A stretch of 63,837 bases of DNA, counting the filler, from Malassezia furfur (taxonomy: Eukaryota): assembly GCA_052055015.1 (NCBI GenBank). It is 3 parts of 3 records of this genome, joined end to end, with 100 filler letters (N's around TTAATTAATTAA, not from the genome) between each part and the next. Parts side by side here need not be neighbours in the genome. Positions count along the whole stretch, not along the records: positions 1 to 22,620 come from JBQJIT010000156.1; 2 more parts are not named here. One strand, written 5' to 3'. The position numbers and the translations under genes were made by a program. A model generated the notes under the pieces. The model did no database searches. It saw only the letters and a program-made list of their open reading frames with translations, and was not told where the DNA came from. Shown here piece by piece: positions 11,802 through 22,720 of this stretch (the first letter of the stretch is position 1; each line of letters begins with the position of its first letter).

Positions 11802-13808
11802 ATGGCGGGTGTCGCTGACAGCTTCCGGCCCAACGTGCTGAAGGATGCGTTCATCGAGCAGAAGCATGAGGAGTATGAGAAGAGCGAGCCATACCACCAT
11901 GCGGTTGTCGATGGGCTGATCAACGACGACCTGCTTCGTGCGGCGCGGAATGAGATCCTGGAGGAGCTGCACTTTACCGAGAAGGAGACGGACATCTACA
12001 AGGTAAACCAGACCGGCGACTTGGCGAACCTGGACGGCCTTCCCGAGGCGGAGGCGCAGCGCCTGAAGGCGGTACTGCAGGTGCGCAACGCGATCTACTC
12101 GGAGGAGTTCCGCTCGTGGATCCAGCGCGTGACCGGCTGCGGACCGCTGAGTGCGAAGAAGAAGGACATGAGCATCAACGACTACCGCCAGGGCTGCCAC
12201 CTGCTGAACCACGACGATGTGATCTCGACGCGCCGTGTGTCGTACATTCTGTACCTGCCTGACCCTGATCAGGAGTGGAAGCCCGAGTGGGGCGGTGCGT
12301 TGGAGCTGTACCCCGTCAAAAAGGCACACATCCCCGAAGACACGCCATCGCTGATGATCCCGCCGCGGTGGAACCAGTATACCCTGTTTGCCGTGCAGCC
12401 GGGACACTCGTTCCACAGCGTCGAGGAGGTGGTGCACCCCACCAACAACCGTTTGAGTATCTCGGGCTGGTTCCACCGCCCCCAGCCGGGCGAGCCGGGC
12501 TACTCCCAGGAGGAGGAGGACCGCGAGGTGCAGGCTGAGAAGGAGTTTAGCAGCCTGGCGAACATCACCTCGGAGAAGTGGACGTCGCCGTTCGAGGAGT
12601 ACGTCGACAGCGAGCCGCCGCTGCCCGGCTCGCCGATCCCCTCGGAGCACTTGCGCTTCCTGGCGCATTTCTTGAACCCTGCGTATCTCATGGCCAAGAC
12701 GCAGGCGACGCTCTTTGAAAAGTTTGGCGACGACTCGCACCTGCTGCTCTCCGAGTTCCTGCGGCCAGACATTGCCGAGGTGCTGGAGAAGAGCCTGCGC
12801 AAGAAGGACGAGGACGACCACCTCGTTTGGTGGACGCGCGCCGACGACGAAAAGATTAGCTTTGACGCGGTGCAAATTCAGCCACACGCCGTGGGCACCG
12901 CCCAGGCCAAGCAGCCGAGCGACGAGGACAGGCGCTGGACGCTTGCTGGCCCGCCGCACCGCGAGCGCTTTGCGACGCTCGAGGATACGTGCACGCCCGG
13001 CAGTGCGGCGCCGGTCGACTACACGTCGTCCGCATCGCCCATGCCGCCGCTTACGTCGAGCGCGTCCGACCTGCTGCACTGCCTGACGCACGTGCTGTTC
13101 CCCTCGGTGGCCTTCCGTCACTTTATCGCCAACGTCACGCAGCTCATCCCGCTCGCGGGCCGTCCGATCCGTGCGCGCCGCTTCCGTCCGGGCCTCGACT
13201 ACACGCTTGCGCGCTCCGACGACGAGACGGTGCTGGATCTCACGCTGACGCTCACGCCCGATGTCGTGGCGAGCGCCAAGAAGGCGATGCGCCAGACGGG
13301 CAAGCCCAAGGGCCTGGCCGGCAAACGTGCCAAGACGACGCCCGCGTCGCTCAGCAAGGGAGCGCTGAGCAAGACGGACGTTGGCAAGCTCGAGGCGATG
13401 TGGGAGGCGGGCGATATCGGCGGCTGGGAGTGCTACCTTGCGCCGCACGAGGGCGAAGAGGACCCGGCGGTGTACCAGAGTGCGAGCTCGCGCCGCCAGC
13501 GCGAGCAGGCCGAGGCGCAGGCGCAGGATGCAGAGATGGACGCCGGTGATGCGAACGGCGACGAGGACGACGAGGAGATGGACGAGGACGACGAAGATGA
13601 GGAGGAGGATGACGACTTTGACGGCGTGCTGCTCAACGTCACGCCGAGCTACAACACGCTGCTGATCGTGCTCCGGGACGAGGGCGTGATGCGCTTCGTC
13701 AAGTACCTCTCGGCGAGCGCCGGCGGCAGCCGCTGGGACATCTCGGCAGAGTACACCGTGGGCGCCGCCGAGGTCGAGGAGGAGGCCGAGGAGGCCGGCC
13801 CAGCGTAG
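11802..13808 (+). CDS. TPA1: Ribosomal prolyl 3,4-dihydroxylase Tpa1/Ofd1/OGFOD1 (2OG-Fe(II) oxygenase)
   Basis: KETDIYKVNQTGDLANL, HLLNHDDVI (HxD), FHSVEEV, RLSISGWFH, LRDEGVMRFVKYLS. Confidence 0.92.
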   Translation: MAGVADSFRPNVLKDAFIEQKHEEYEKSEPYHHAVVDGLINDDLLRAARNEILEELHFTEKETDIYKVNQTGDLANLDGLPEAEAQRLKAVLQVRNAIYSEEFRSWIQRVTGCGPLSAKKKDMSINDYRQGCHLLNHDDVISTRRVSYILYLPDPDQEWKPEWGGALELYPVKKAHIPEDTPSLMIPPRWNQYTLFAVQPGHSFHSVEEVVHPTNNRLSISGWFHRPQPGEPGYSQEEEDREVQAEKEFSSLANITSEKWTSPFEEYVDSEPPLPGSPIPSEHLRFLAHFLNPAYLMAKTQATLFEKFGDDSHLLLSEFLRPDIAEVLEKSLRKKDEDDHLVWWTRADDEKISFDAVQIQPHAVGTAQAKQPSDEDRRWTLAGPPHRERFATLEDTCTPGSAAPVDYTSSASPMPPLTSSASDLLHCLTHVLFPSVAFRHFIANVTQLIPLAGRPIRARRFRPGLDYTLARSDDETVLDLTLTLTPDVVASAKKAMRQTGKPKGLAGKRAKTTPASLSKGALSKTDVGKLEAMWEAGDIGGWECYLAPHEGEEDPAVYQSASSRRQREQAEAQAQDAEMDAGDANGDEDDEEMDEDDEDEEEDDDFDGVLLNVTPSYNTLLIVLRDEGVMRFVKYLSASAGGSRWDISAEYTVGAAEVEEEAEEAGPA

Positions 13809-13837
13809 CCGTAGCTCATTTCTGTATTGCACCACCA

Positions 13838-16800
13838 CTACATCAGACTCGTACGTGCGCCAATCGCGTCACTGGGCGCCCCGTCCGGGAACGCCGCGTC
13901 GCGGTCGCCCGCAAAGTTGCGGTAGATCCGGCGGAGCCGGTCGACTTCGTGCTGCGGCACACTCGGCCGCGTCGTTTTCAAGGCCGTCTCGAGCTGCGCG
14001 TTGGTCACCAAGCGCGCCTCGGGCTCGGCCGCAGGGGCATCGGCGCCGTCGCTCGCGGCGGGCGCGCTCGGCGTGCTGCCGAGCATGCGCGCGAGTCGGT
14101 CGGCAAACGCGGCGCGCTCGGCACCGCTGTGCAGTTTGGCCGGCGGCGCGTCGCCGGGCGTGATGGCGGTATAGGCGACGGCGGCCGGCGCCGCGTCGTT
14201 GGCCGAGGCGGGTGCCTCGGCCGGCTGCAGAGACGCATTGATGGTCTCGAGGTGCGCATTGTACAGCAGCGCCTGCAGGTCCGCACCCGAGAAGCCCGCG
14301 GTGCGCTCCGCCCAGTGCGCCAGGTCCACGGACGGATGCACATGCACCCTGCGTGCGATGGCGCGCAAGATGTCGAGGCGGTCGTCGCGGCTCGGCATGT
14401 CGCACAGGAGCGACTTGTCGAGACGCCCCGGACGCAGCAGCGCCGAGTCGATCAGGTCGGGGCGCGACGTCGCCGCGAGCACATAGACACCGTCGAGGCC
14501 CTCGGCACCGTCCATCTGCGTGAGCATCTGGTTCACGACGCGGTCGGTGACGCCCGTCGAGTCGTGCCCACGCTTGGGCGCAATCGAGTCGAACTCGTCA
14601 AAGAAGAGCACACACGGCTTGGCCGCCTGCGCGCGGTCGAACAGGTCGCGCACCGACTTTTCGCTGGCACCGATGTACTTGTTGAGGATCTCGGGGCCCT
14701 TGACACTGATAAAGTGCAGGCCGCACTCTTTTGCGACGGCGCTTGCCAGCAGCGTCTTGCCGCATCCCGGGTAGCCGTACAGCAGCAGGCCAGAGCGCAG
14801 GCGCAGGGGGCAGTTGGCAAAGATGGCCGCATACTTCGTCGGCCACTCGAGTGTCTCGCGCAGCGTCTGCCGTGTCGCGTGCAGGCCGCCGATGTCGGAC
14901 CAGTTGGTGGACGATTCCTGGAGCTTGACGTCGCGCAGCGACAGCGGCGTAAAGTCTTGCTGGGCAGCTGCAAAGTCGCACATGTCGAGCGACAGGCGCC
15001 GGTCCGACTCGAGTAGGCACCGCATCGTCGCCTGGTGCACGGCCCGCTGCGTGAGCATCTGCAGGTCCGCGGCATGGTAGCCGTCGGTGTTGTTGACGAG
15101 CGTCACCCAGTCGAGGTCGCCGGTCTCCAGGACGGCGCCAGCGGGCGGCGCCGAGGGCGGCTCGGAGGCGGCTGTGTCCGCGGGCGTGTCCTCGGACGGC
15201 CCTGGCGCCGCGTCCGGCGCCGGTGCGGCCGACTCCACCGGCGCACTGCCCGCGTCGGGCGCCTGCTTCTCCCCCAGCGCCTGCACGAGCGATTGGAGGA
15301 TGGCACGACGAGCGTCCTTGGCCGGCGGCTTGACCGTCACCGTCTCGGTCCAGAGCCGCGCGGTCTGCAGCGAGGCGTGCAGGTTGGTGGTCGACTGGCA
15401 CGTCGCGAGCACAAACACGTCATAGTCCTGTACCACCTCGCGGATCTTGGCCGCTAGCGCATTGCCGAGCTGCGTCGCACGTGTGCCATCGACGTGCTCG
15501 GCCTCGGCGGGGATCAGCGTGTCGAGGTTGTCGAGCACGAGCAGCGTCGGGGCATGCCACGCCGCCTCGTCGAGCCACTCTTTAAAGTGCGACCGCACGA
15601 GCGGCATGCGCTCTTCCACAAACGTCGCACAGTCGACATACTGCGTGCGGTACAGCATCGCAGGGTCCGCGGCCAGCTGCGCACCGACGGCCTGCGCGAT
15701 GCGCGTCTTGCCGGAGCCCGGGCCGCCACACAGCAGCACGCCGCTCGTGCTCGTGTACGGTGCCGCATGCACCGATGCACCGTCGTACGCGTCCAGACGC
15801 CCCTGGTCGATCGCCTGCAGCGTCCGCTGGAGCCGCACACCACGCACCGCCGCCGTGCACCGCGCCACGACGTCGTCCATGCCGGGCAGCTGGGGCACGT
15901 CGTACGTCTCGAGCGCACGCCACGTGTGCCCACCCGGCTGTGCGCCACGCGCCGCGCCAGGCGGCGGCGCCGAGATCTGGACGAGGTCGTAGTCGGCGAC
16001 GTTGAGCTTGGCGCGCAGCGCCTTGCCGAGCCACACGTGCCGCGCGGGCCACGGACGCGGCGCGGTGGCCGACGCGTCGCCCGCGCCGAACGACGCGCTG
16101 GCCGTCGCACTCGTCGGCTGCTCGCTCGACTCGTTGCGGCGCGTGGGGCAGCTGACCTGCGTGAAACACGCCTTGGCATGCGGGAACGCCAGCGCCACGA
16201 GCTCGTACGACGGGTGCGCCAGGTCCGGTAGGGCGTGCGTGGCAGGCAGCAGCGCGGTCCACTCGAGGGCGTCGTCGCGGCAGTACGCCTCGGGCAGCAC
16301 GCGCCACAGGACGTGGGTCAGTGCGCCGGCGGCCGATGCGGCGGTGAGCGGTCCTTGCGGCGTGGCGACCGGCACCTCGGTCTCGTTGGTGTCGTGCGGC
16401 TCGGCGCGCTGCTTGGGCGCGACAATGACTTCCGTGTCCGTCGAGAGGCGCACGGCGACACTGCCGTCGGCGTCGTCGCCCGTCGCTGGAACGGTGCGGT
16501 CCACGACGAAGCGCACGACCGTGGACGCGCTGCGCCCGACCTGCACGGCGAGTACCTGCCCCGCGCGTGCGGCACGCACCTGCGCGAGCATGTTGGCCTC
16601 GACGTCCTCGGCGTGGATGCTCAGAATCTCCCAGTCGTCGGCGTGGAGCGGCACGACGTGCACCTGCTCCGCGACGGGCACCGGCGGCGAGCGGAAGAGG
16701 CGCACGCGGATCTCCGTGCCATCGCGCAGCACCGGGCTGAACAGCGACGAGAGCGACGGCCCCACAATCACGCGCTCCGCCGGCTGGCCGTGCGGGTCGT

Positions 16801-17005
16801 CGAGCACGGCGTGCGCGGCGCTGAGGCCGGTCCATCCGCAGTAGTAGGTCTGGGTATCTGTGCCAAGCTCGACGATGAGCGATTGTGCGACGACATTGCG
16901 CGACAGCAGCGTGTTGCACAGCGACGCGGGCAGGTGCACGAGGCTCGTGCGCAGTGCGGGGTCGACACCCACCCGGCACTGGGTCGCGCGCACTTTAGGC
17001 GCCAT
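13838..17005 (-). CDS. PEX1: Peroxisomal AAA+ ATPase Pex1
   Basis: N-terminal LRTSLVHLP and PLHADDWEILSIHA; D2 domain CPLRLRSGLLLYGYPGCGKT, FFDEFDSIAPKRGHDSTGVTDRVVNQ. Confidence 0.95.
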   Translation of the reverse strand: MAPKVRATQCRVGVDPALRTSLVHLPASLCNTLLSRNVVAQSLIVELGTDTQTYYCGWTGLSAAHAVLDDPHGQPAERVIVGPSLSSLFSPVLRDGTEIRVRLFRSPPVPVAEQVHVVPLHADDWEILSIHAEDVEANMLAQVRAARAGQVLAVQVGRSASTVVRFVVDRTVPATGDDADGSVAVRLSTDTEVIVAPKQRAEPHDTNETEVPVATPQGPLTAASAAGALTHVLWRVLPEAYCRDDALEWTALLPATHALPDLAHPSYELVALAFPHAKACFTQVSCPTRRNESSEQPTSATASASFGAGDASATAPRPWPARHVWLGKALRAKLNVADYDLVQISAPPPGAARGAQPGGHTWRALETYDVPQLPGMDDVVARCTAAVRGVRLQRTLQAIDQGRLDAYDGASVHAAPYTSTSGVLLCGGPGSGKTRIAQAVGAQLAADPAMLYRTQYVDCATFVEERMPLVRSHFKEWLDEAAWHAPTLLVLDNLDTLIPAEAEHVDGTRATQLGNALAAKIREVVQDYDVFVLATCQSTTNLHASLQTARLWTETVTVKPPAKDARRAILQSLVQALGEKQAPDAGSAPVESAAPAPDAAPGPSEDTPADTAASEPPSAPPAGAVLETGDLDWVTLVNNTDGYHAADLQMLTQRAVHQATMRCLLESDRRLSLDMCDFAAAQQDFTPLSLRDVKLQESSTNWSDIGGLHATRQTLRETLEWPTKYAAIFANCPLRLRSGLLLYGYPGCGKTLLASAVAKECGLHFISVKGPEILNKYIGASEKSVRDLFDRAQAAKPCVLFFDEFDSIAPKRGHDSTGVTDRVVNQMLTQMDGAEGLDGVYVLAATSRPDLIDSALLRPGRLDKSLLCDMPSRDDRLDILRAIARRVHVHPSVDLAHWAERTAGFSGADLQALLYNAHLETINASLQPAEAPASANDAAPAAVAYTAITPGDAPPAKLHSGAERAAFADRLARMLGSTPSAPAASDGADAPAAEPEARLVTNAQLETALKTTRPSVPQHEVDRLRRIYRNFAGDRDAAFPDGAPSDAIGARTSLM

Positions 17006-17057
17006 GGTGGTTCAGCACGTGACACGCTCTCGTCCGCGTTTGTTGGAGACAACGGCG

Positions 17058-18983
17058 ATGGTCCTGGTAAGCCGCCGGACCTCGTCCGTGCTGCTCGGCT
17101 GTCTAGGCCTATTTCTGCTCGGCACGGTGGGCGTGCTGTCCATTGTACGCGCCTACTTCAAGGTCGATGACATCGCCTACATCCAGAACACCGAGCTCGG
17201 CACGCTCGCAGAAATCGCGCGCGGGGTTCGGCCGGCTGCGCTGACGATTGCGCCCGACGCGCAGCTCAACGCGACCGACGTGCCCATCGAGCGCATCCCG
17301 CGCATCATACACCAAACGTGGAAGACAGAGACGCTGCCACCACGGTGGGCCAAGACCCGCGCCGGGTGCGCGGCGATGATGCCCGACTACGAGTACATGC
17401 TCTGGACGGACAAGAGCTCGCGCGAGCTCATCGCCACCGACTACCCCTGGTTTCTGCCCGTGTTTGACGCGTACCCGCACAACATCCAGCGCGCGGATGC
17501 GATCCGATACTTCGTCCTGCACAAGTACGGTGGTATCTACATGGACCTTGATATTGGGTGCAAGCGCCGTCTCGACTCGCTGCTCCGCTTCGAGGCGATC
17601 CTGCCCAAGACGATCCCGGTCGGCGTGAGCAATGACCTGATGTTCGCTGCCAAGGGCCACCCGTTCGTCAAGCAGCTCACCGAAAACCTGGGGCGCTTCA
17701 ACCACAACTTCCTCACACCGTACGCAACGGTGATGTTCTCGACGGGCCCCATGTTCGTCTCGGCAGTGTACCGCATGTTTTCCGATGCGCACACGACCGT
17801 GACGCCCTCGACGCCCGCACAGCCCACACAGGGCTTCCGCGGCGTGCGTGTCCTGCCCAAGAGCCTGTACGGCAAAAACGCCAAGCCGAGCGAGGCGCCC
17901 GACTCCTTCTTCGAGCACATGTACGGCTCCAGCTGGCACGAGGGCGATGCGGGCTTCCTCATCTTCCTCCGCAAGTATGGCCGCCTGCTCATGCTCGCGG
18001 GCGTCGGCGTGATCGTGCTGGGTCTGCGCCGCTTCTACGCCACATCGCTTTTGGCGCTCGGCCGCATGTTCTGGGACGCACTCCGTTCGGTGCTCGCCTT
18101 GCTGCCATTCCTGCCGCCCGACTGGTTCGCGCCGCGGTCCTCGAGCGGCCCCGAGTGGGTGCATCTTACCGACCGTGAGGACGAGCGGCTGCTGGGCGGC
18201 AGCACGCCAAAACCCGTGCCGATGTTTCTCGCGGATGAAGCACTGAACACGCACGCACACGACGCGCCGACCGTGGTCCTGCCCAAGGGGCGCCCCGCAT
18301 CACGTACGGAGTACAGCGAGCAGGACCCCGCGGCGCTCGCCGAGCACTCGTGCCGTGCCGCGCAGGAAGACACGGCGCTGGGCTCCTATTCCAAGCGGCA
18401 GGAGTCGTGGGGCGCCGAGCTGACGCGGCTCCCCGCGTACTACGTCGGCGGCGCGAGCGAGTACGCCATGGCCGACACCAGCTTCGGGTCCAACGACGGC
18501 AGCGAGGAAAAAGCCATCGAGCCGTCCACGCGTCGGTCCTTCCAACTCGCGCGCTTCCGGCCGAGCTGGCGCTCGCTGTCGGTCGGGCCACTCAAGGCAC
18601 TGGTCCCGCGGCCACTGCGCCGCAACTCGGCGCCACAGAGCGACGGTGGCGACCTCGACAACGTCAGTGTCGAAGGCGGCGAGCCACTCAGTCGCACCAT
18701 CAGTTCGCAGAGCGATGAGTACCACCGCGAGTTTGCGAGCCTCGTGCAGGGCGCGAACAGCGACTCATATCTGGTCGCGTCGCCGCCCTTTCGACCCGCG
18801 GGCTCCCCGCCTCCGACCGTGCTCATCTCGCAGGACCAGGCCCAGTCGCACCGTCGGAGCGCCGTCGTGCGTCGCCAGCCGGTCAACGACCTGTCGCGCG
18901 TCATGACGCCCGCCGTGCCGCCGATCCCGCCCTCGGACTACGTCCCGGGACAGGACCGCCTGCGTGCGCCCTCAGGATTGTGA
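17058..18983 (+). CDS. SUR1: Mannosyl-inositolphosphorylceramide synthase (GT32) with long disordered C-terminal tail
   Basis: N-terminal TM helix, IPRIIHQTWK, IQRADAIRYF, YGGIYMDLD (DxD), PVGVSND, TVMFSTGP, GSSWH, second TM helix. Confidence 0.88.
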   Translation: MVLVSRRTSSVLLGCLGLFLLGTVGVLSIVRAYFKVDDIAYIQNTELGTLAEIARGVRPAALTIAPDAQLNATDVPIERIPRIIHQTWKTETLPPRWAKTRAGCAAMMPDYEYMLWTDKSSRELIATDYPWFLPVFDAYPHNIQRADAIRYFVLHKYGGIYMDLDIGCKRRLDSLLRFEAILPKTIPVGVSNDLMFAAKGHPFVKQLTENLGRFNHNFLTPYATVMFSTGPMFVSAVYRMFSDAHTTVTPSTPAQPTQGFRGVRVLPKSLYGKNAKPSEAPDSFFEHMYGSSWHEGDAGFLIFLRKYGRLLMLAGVGVIVLGLRRFYATSLLALGRMFWDALRSVLALLPFLPPDWFAPRSSSGPEWVHLTDREDERLLGGSTPKPVPMFLADEALNTHAHDAPTVVLPKGRPASRTEYSEQDPAALAEHSCRAAQEDTALGSYSKRQESWGAELTRLPAYYVGGASEYAMADTSFGSNDGSEEKAIEPSTRRSFQLARFRPSWRSLSVGPLKALVPRPLRRNSAPQSDGGDLDNVSVEGGEPLSRTISSQSDEYHREFASLVQGANSDSYLVASPPFRPAGSPPPTVLISQDQAQSHRRSAVVRRQPVNDLSRVMTPAVPPIPPSDYVPGQDRLRAPSGL

Positions 18984-19173
18984 GCGACGGCTCCGCCATA
19001 ACCGTCGCATGCGCTCCGTGAGAGCAGCGACGGGCCCCTGTATGATTGTTCCATTGCACAGTGCTTCGCTGTTTATTCCTGCCCATTCACTCTCCTTCGT
19101 AGATGGGACTGGTGTCCATTCTGGTAAAGCGATATGCGGCCCCCATGCGGCAGGACACACGCGCGGCTACACA

Positions 19174-20565
19174 CTATGGCTTCATCCGCGCCGGCACCCA
19201 GCGGCGGATGCCCACCTCTTTCACACGGAAGAGGCCACGTTGCAGTGCCGCGACCAGATCGCTCGGGCACGCAAGGTCGAGCGCGGCGCATTCGGCGCGC
19301 GACGGCACAAGCACATGCGCAAGAATCAGGGTCTGGCGTTAGTCATGCCACCTACTTTTTGCACCTGGCTGTTGACGCGGTTCACCATGCTGAACCACAC
19401 CCAGCTCTTGTCGCCCTCGTTGTGGTGCGCACCAAACGGAGAATGCATCGCATCGGCCTGGTCCGTGTACTCGGGAACGACCAGCACCGCAAACTCAGCA
19501 TGGCTAAACACCGGCCCCCGCTTGTACAGTAAGTAATCCACACAGAATTTCGAGCCGTTCTTCACCACCCAGCCGAGGCTGCGGAAATGGTGGTACACAA
19601 TGTACGACAGCACAAATGGGTTATCCGCCCTCGACCACACCTCCTTGGGCGGCGACTGCGCCGACACACTCGGTGGCAGCCGAGAAGTCAGGCAGCATTG
19701 GTACAAGGCTTCCACAGACATGTACTGGTCCATTAGCATCGATGCCACCTACCCGGTCGTCTCCATCGTATACGTCAAGGCACCCCAGCATCCCTGCAAG
19801 GAAGAACGCCTCGACCAACGTCAGCTGAAAGTGCTCCACCCCTTCAATCTCCAAGGGGTCGTCCATCAGGTCCGAGGGAGCGGCACGCGACACCGACCCA
19901 GTGTCCTTCTGCGCCAGGTCCGCCGAGAAGTGCTTCAGGCCCTTTACACGGGCCACGCCGGCTTGGATCTCGGGCAGGTCTTCGTCGCCTCGCCAAAGCT
20001 GGGTATGGGCCGCGCCATGCTCGTCCGAGTCACGCGCAGCGTCGTCGTCCGGCGTTCCGCCCAGGGCGGTAATGCCATCAGGGAGTTGGATGCCTGCCTT
20101 GACGGCAGCACGCGCACGCTCAATCTTGAGCAGTTTGCGCTCTTCGCGGCGCTTCTGCGTCATTTGCTCCGCTGTCATCTCACCACGCTCGCGCGCGGTA
20201 AACTCGGCCTCCTTGCGTGCTTTCCAGGTGGGCTCGGACCGGCTCAGATTGCCCTTGCCGAAGAATCCATGCGTCCAGAGCTCAAGAGCATCTCCAGTAT
20301 CATACATCCACACGGATTTCGTCACATCGTCGTACCATGCCTTGTAGACAGGGGCATCCTTGGTCCGGTCGTAGAACCATTTGGTGCATGCATTGAACCA
20401 GTCCCACCAAGACTGGGACCCCGAAGCAGGCCTGGAGGTAGCCGAGTGACCGATAGGCAGCGGGTTTGCATACAGCTGCCGCTTGGCCTGCGTCGCTTTC
20501 TTCCCTGCACCCTTGACGTTGGGCAGCTGCGTCGCCTCAGGCATGGCAGGCGCGCTCCCACTCAT
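19174..20565 (-). CDS. SEN2: tRNA splicing endonuclease catalytic subunit; 3 exons
   Basis: GFFGKGNLSRSEPTW, EHFQLTLVEAFFL, YHHFRSLGWVVKNGSKFCVDYLLYKRGPVFSHAEF, spliced C-terminus KTLILAHV...RRWVPARMKP; introns 19725-19752 (28 nt) and 19333-19355 (23 nt). Confidence 0.93.
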
Positions 20566-20811
20566 CTGGATGTGGAGGCGAACAGATGGACGCTGCAGCG
20601 CAGGACGCTGCGACGCGCGATGCTCCACACGCGTCACTAGGGACAGAAGAAGGCACTCGATGTATAGATCAAAAATTGCACAGGTTGTACTCATTTATGG
20701 GACAGAGAACTAGAAACAGGTGGACAACAAGGGGATTAGGGAAGAAACATAGGTCAGGGTATGTGGGTCATGAATCATCGCAAGTCGGGCTCAAGAACAT
20801 GGGATGGGCAT

Positions 20812-22620
20812 TTACTCCTCGTCACAGTCATCATCGTCGTTCCCCGTCGCCTTGGCATGCTTGCTCGAAGAGTGGTGCTTCGTAGCGTGGTGCTTCGAAG
20901 AGTGGTGCTTCGACGAGTGATGCTTCGACGCGTGGTGCGACGAGTGGTGGTGGTGCGTCGAGGAGTGGTGCTTGTCCTTGTCCTTGTCACACGGCGTGCT
21001 GCTGTGCTTATCCGACGAGCTCAGCGTAGACACCACATGAACCAGCTTCTTCGACGAAGTACGGGCCTCATCATTGTTAGTCCTGATGTTAGCATTGCGC
21101 GCAGAGGAAGTCGGAGACGAAGAAGCAGACGACGACGATCCCGAGGTAGAGCTCGTGTTAGAAGATGAAGTGGGAATGCAGTGCTTTTTCACCGCCTCAC
21201 TAACCTTGCTAGCGCTCGGGAAGTTCTGAAGCAGGGGCGGCAGCAGACTGTCGTCCGTGTCGTCGCAGGTCTCGACATCGTCACCGGAACCGGAGCCCGA
21301 GCTGGAGTTCGAACCAGAGCTGGAGCTGGAGCCCGAGCTAGAGCCCGAGTCCGAGCCCGAGCTGGAGTCGGAGCCCGAGTTCGAGCCCGAGTTCGAGCTA
21401 GAGTTCGAGCCCGAGTTCGAGCTCGAGTTCGAGCCGGAGCCAGAGTCAGAGTCAGAGCTGGAGTTAGAACCAGAGCCAGAGTTGGAGCTAGAGCTCGAAC
21501 CCGAGTTGGAACCCGAACCCGAGCTGGAGCCAGAGTTAGAGTTAGAGTTCGAGTCCGAGTCAGACTTGGAGTGCGAACCCGAACCCGACTTAGACCCCGA
21601 GCCCGAGTGCGAGTTGGAACCCGAGTGCGAGTTAGAGCCCGAGTGCGAGTGCGAGCCAGACTTAGAACCCGAGCTTGAGCCCGAGTTCGAGTTCGAGTTC
21701 GAGTTCGAACCAGACTTCGAACCGGAGTTCGAATCAGAGTCCGAACCAGAGTTCGAGTTCGAGTTCGAGTTCGAGTTCGAGTTCGAGTTCGAGCCCGAGT
21801 TCGAGCTAGAGCCAGAGTCCAGACCAGGGAACGAGTCAGAGGTCGAAGAGCTGCCCGAACCGCTGTCCGAGTCGCTGCCCGAGTTGCTGCCCGAGTTGCT
21901 GCCCGAGTTGCTGCCCGAGTTGCTGTTCGAGTTGCTGTCAGAACCGCTGTTCGAGCCGCTGTTCGAGTTGCTGTTCGAGCCGCTCTTCGAGCCGCTCTTC
22001 GAGCCACTGTTCGAGCCGCTGTTCGAGCCACTGTTCGAGCCACTGTTCGAGCCACTGTTCGAGTCGCTACCCGAGTTGCTCGTCGAGTCGCTGCCAGAGT
22101 TGCTGCCCGAGTCGCTGCCCGAGTTGCTCGTCGAGTCACCAGTCGAGCTGGGCACCGAAAGAATGCTAGACACGCCCGAGTCCGAGCCCGAACCGCTGCC
22201 CGTATCCGTACCACTCAGGCCACTGCCAGTTCCATCGGCCACCGCCGTGGGCATCGCCGCAGCAACGCTGCCACCTTCGCCCTCCAGGGTGATGGTCTGT
22301 GCCAGCGTCGCCGTGCGAGTCCAGGCCGAGTTCGAGGTCGTGGTGGGCGTGTAGGTCGTGATATAGGTGCGAGTGCGAGTGCGGGTGCGGTACTTGGTCG
22401 TCGTCTCGCTCTTCGTGCTGCCCTGCTCGTCGGTCTTGGGGATGAGCACGGTGTATGGCTCCCAGGTCGGCTCCTCATGCACCTTGCGGCGCTGAGCACG
22501 GAGCTTGCCGGCCGTCACGCCCATGTCGCGACGGGCAAAGTCAGGAAGGGCATCGCGTGCCGCGGCATCGCCAGCGTTGCCGCGGGCAACGAGACCTGCC
22601 TGACCATTCTCCATGACGAC
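20812..22620 (-). CDS. Ser/Gly/Asn-rich low-complexity protein with Thr-rich segment and His-rich C-terminus; probably secreted or cell-surface, likely 5'-truncated by the gap
   Basis: 600-aa ORF, open up to the N gap; about 280 aa of [10 protein letters not shown] repeats; KHHSS repeats. Confidence 0.7.
   Translation of the reverse strand, partial: VVMENGQAGLVARGNAGDAAARDALPDFARRDMGVTAGKLRAQRRKVHEEPTWEPYTVLIPKTDEQGSTKSETTTKYRTRTRTRTYITTYTPTTTSNSAWTRTATLAQTITLEGEGGSVAAAMPTAVADGTGSGLSGTDTGSGSGSDSGVSSILSVPSSTGDSTSNSGSDSGSNSGSDSTSNSGSDSNSGSNSGSNSGSNSGSNSGSKSGSKSGSNSNSNSGSNSGSDSNSNSNSGSNSGSNSGSNSGSDSDSGSGSSSTSDSFPGLDSGSSSNSGSNSNSNSNSNSNSNSGSDSDSNSGSKSGSNSNSNSNSGSSSGSKSGSHSHSGSNSHSGSNSHSGSGSKSGSGSHSKSDSDSNSNSNSGSSSGSGSNSGSSSSSNSGSGSNSSSDSDSGSGSNSSSNSGSNSSSNSGSNSGSDSSSGSDSGSSSGSSSSSGSNSSSGSGSGDDVETCDDTDDSLLPPLLQNFPSASKVSEAVKKHCIPTSSSNTSSTSGSSSSASSSPTSSARNANIRTNNDEARTSSKKLVHVVSTLSSSDKHSSTPCDKDKDKHHSSTHHHHSSHHASKHHSSKHHSSKHHATKHHSSSKHAKATGNDDDDCDEE
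21290..22140. repeat. Coding minisatellite of 6- and 12-bp units (GAGTTC, GAGCCACTGTTC, GAGTTGCTGCCC)
   Basis: (GAGTTC)n run at about 21749-21790 and 12-bp arrays at 21870-22130 are directly visible. Confidence 0.9.
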
Positions 22621-22720
22621 NNNNNNNNNNNNNNNNNNNNNNNNNNNNNNNNNNNNNNNNNNNNTTAATTAATTAANNNNNNNNNNNNNNNNNNNNNNNN
22701 NNNNNNNNNNNNNNNNNNNN
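22621..22720. other. Assembly gap with artificial linker N44-TTAATTAATTAA-N44
   Basis: Exactly 100 bp; the palindromic core places stop codons in all six frames. Confidence 0.97.

Noticed and set aside
11484..13838. Very long antisense ORFs (784 aa here; also 2927-4015, 6679-8106, 51835-54183, 58606-60330, 62337-63752)
   Set aside because: Shadow frames of real genes; strong GC3 bias removes antisense stop codons, and no recognisable motifs are present.
21257..22354. EPELE-rich 365-aa ORF and RV/RT-rich ORFs; also considered as a CRISPR-like array
   Set aside because: Alternate frames of the Ser-rich minisatellite; there is no repeat-spacer structure and the context is eukaryotic.
22621..22720. 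TTAATTAATTAA palindromes (also at 45266-45277) as transposon target sites or regulatory elements
   Set aside because: Centred in N runs with identical geometry, so they are synthetic six-frame-stop linkers.
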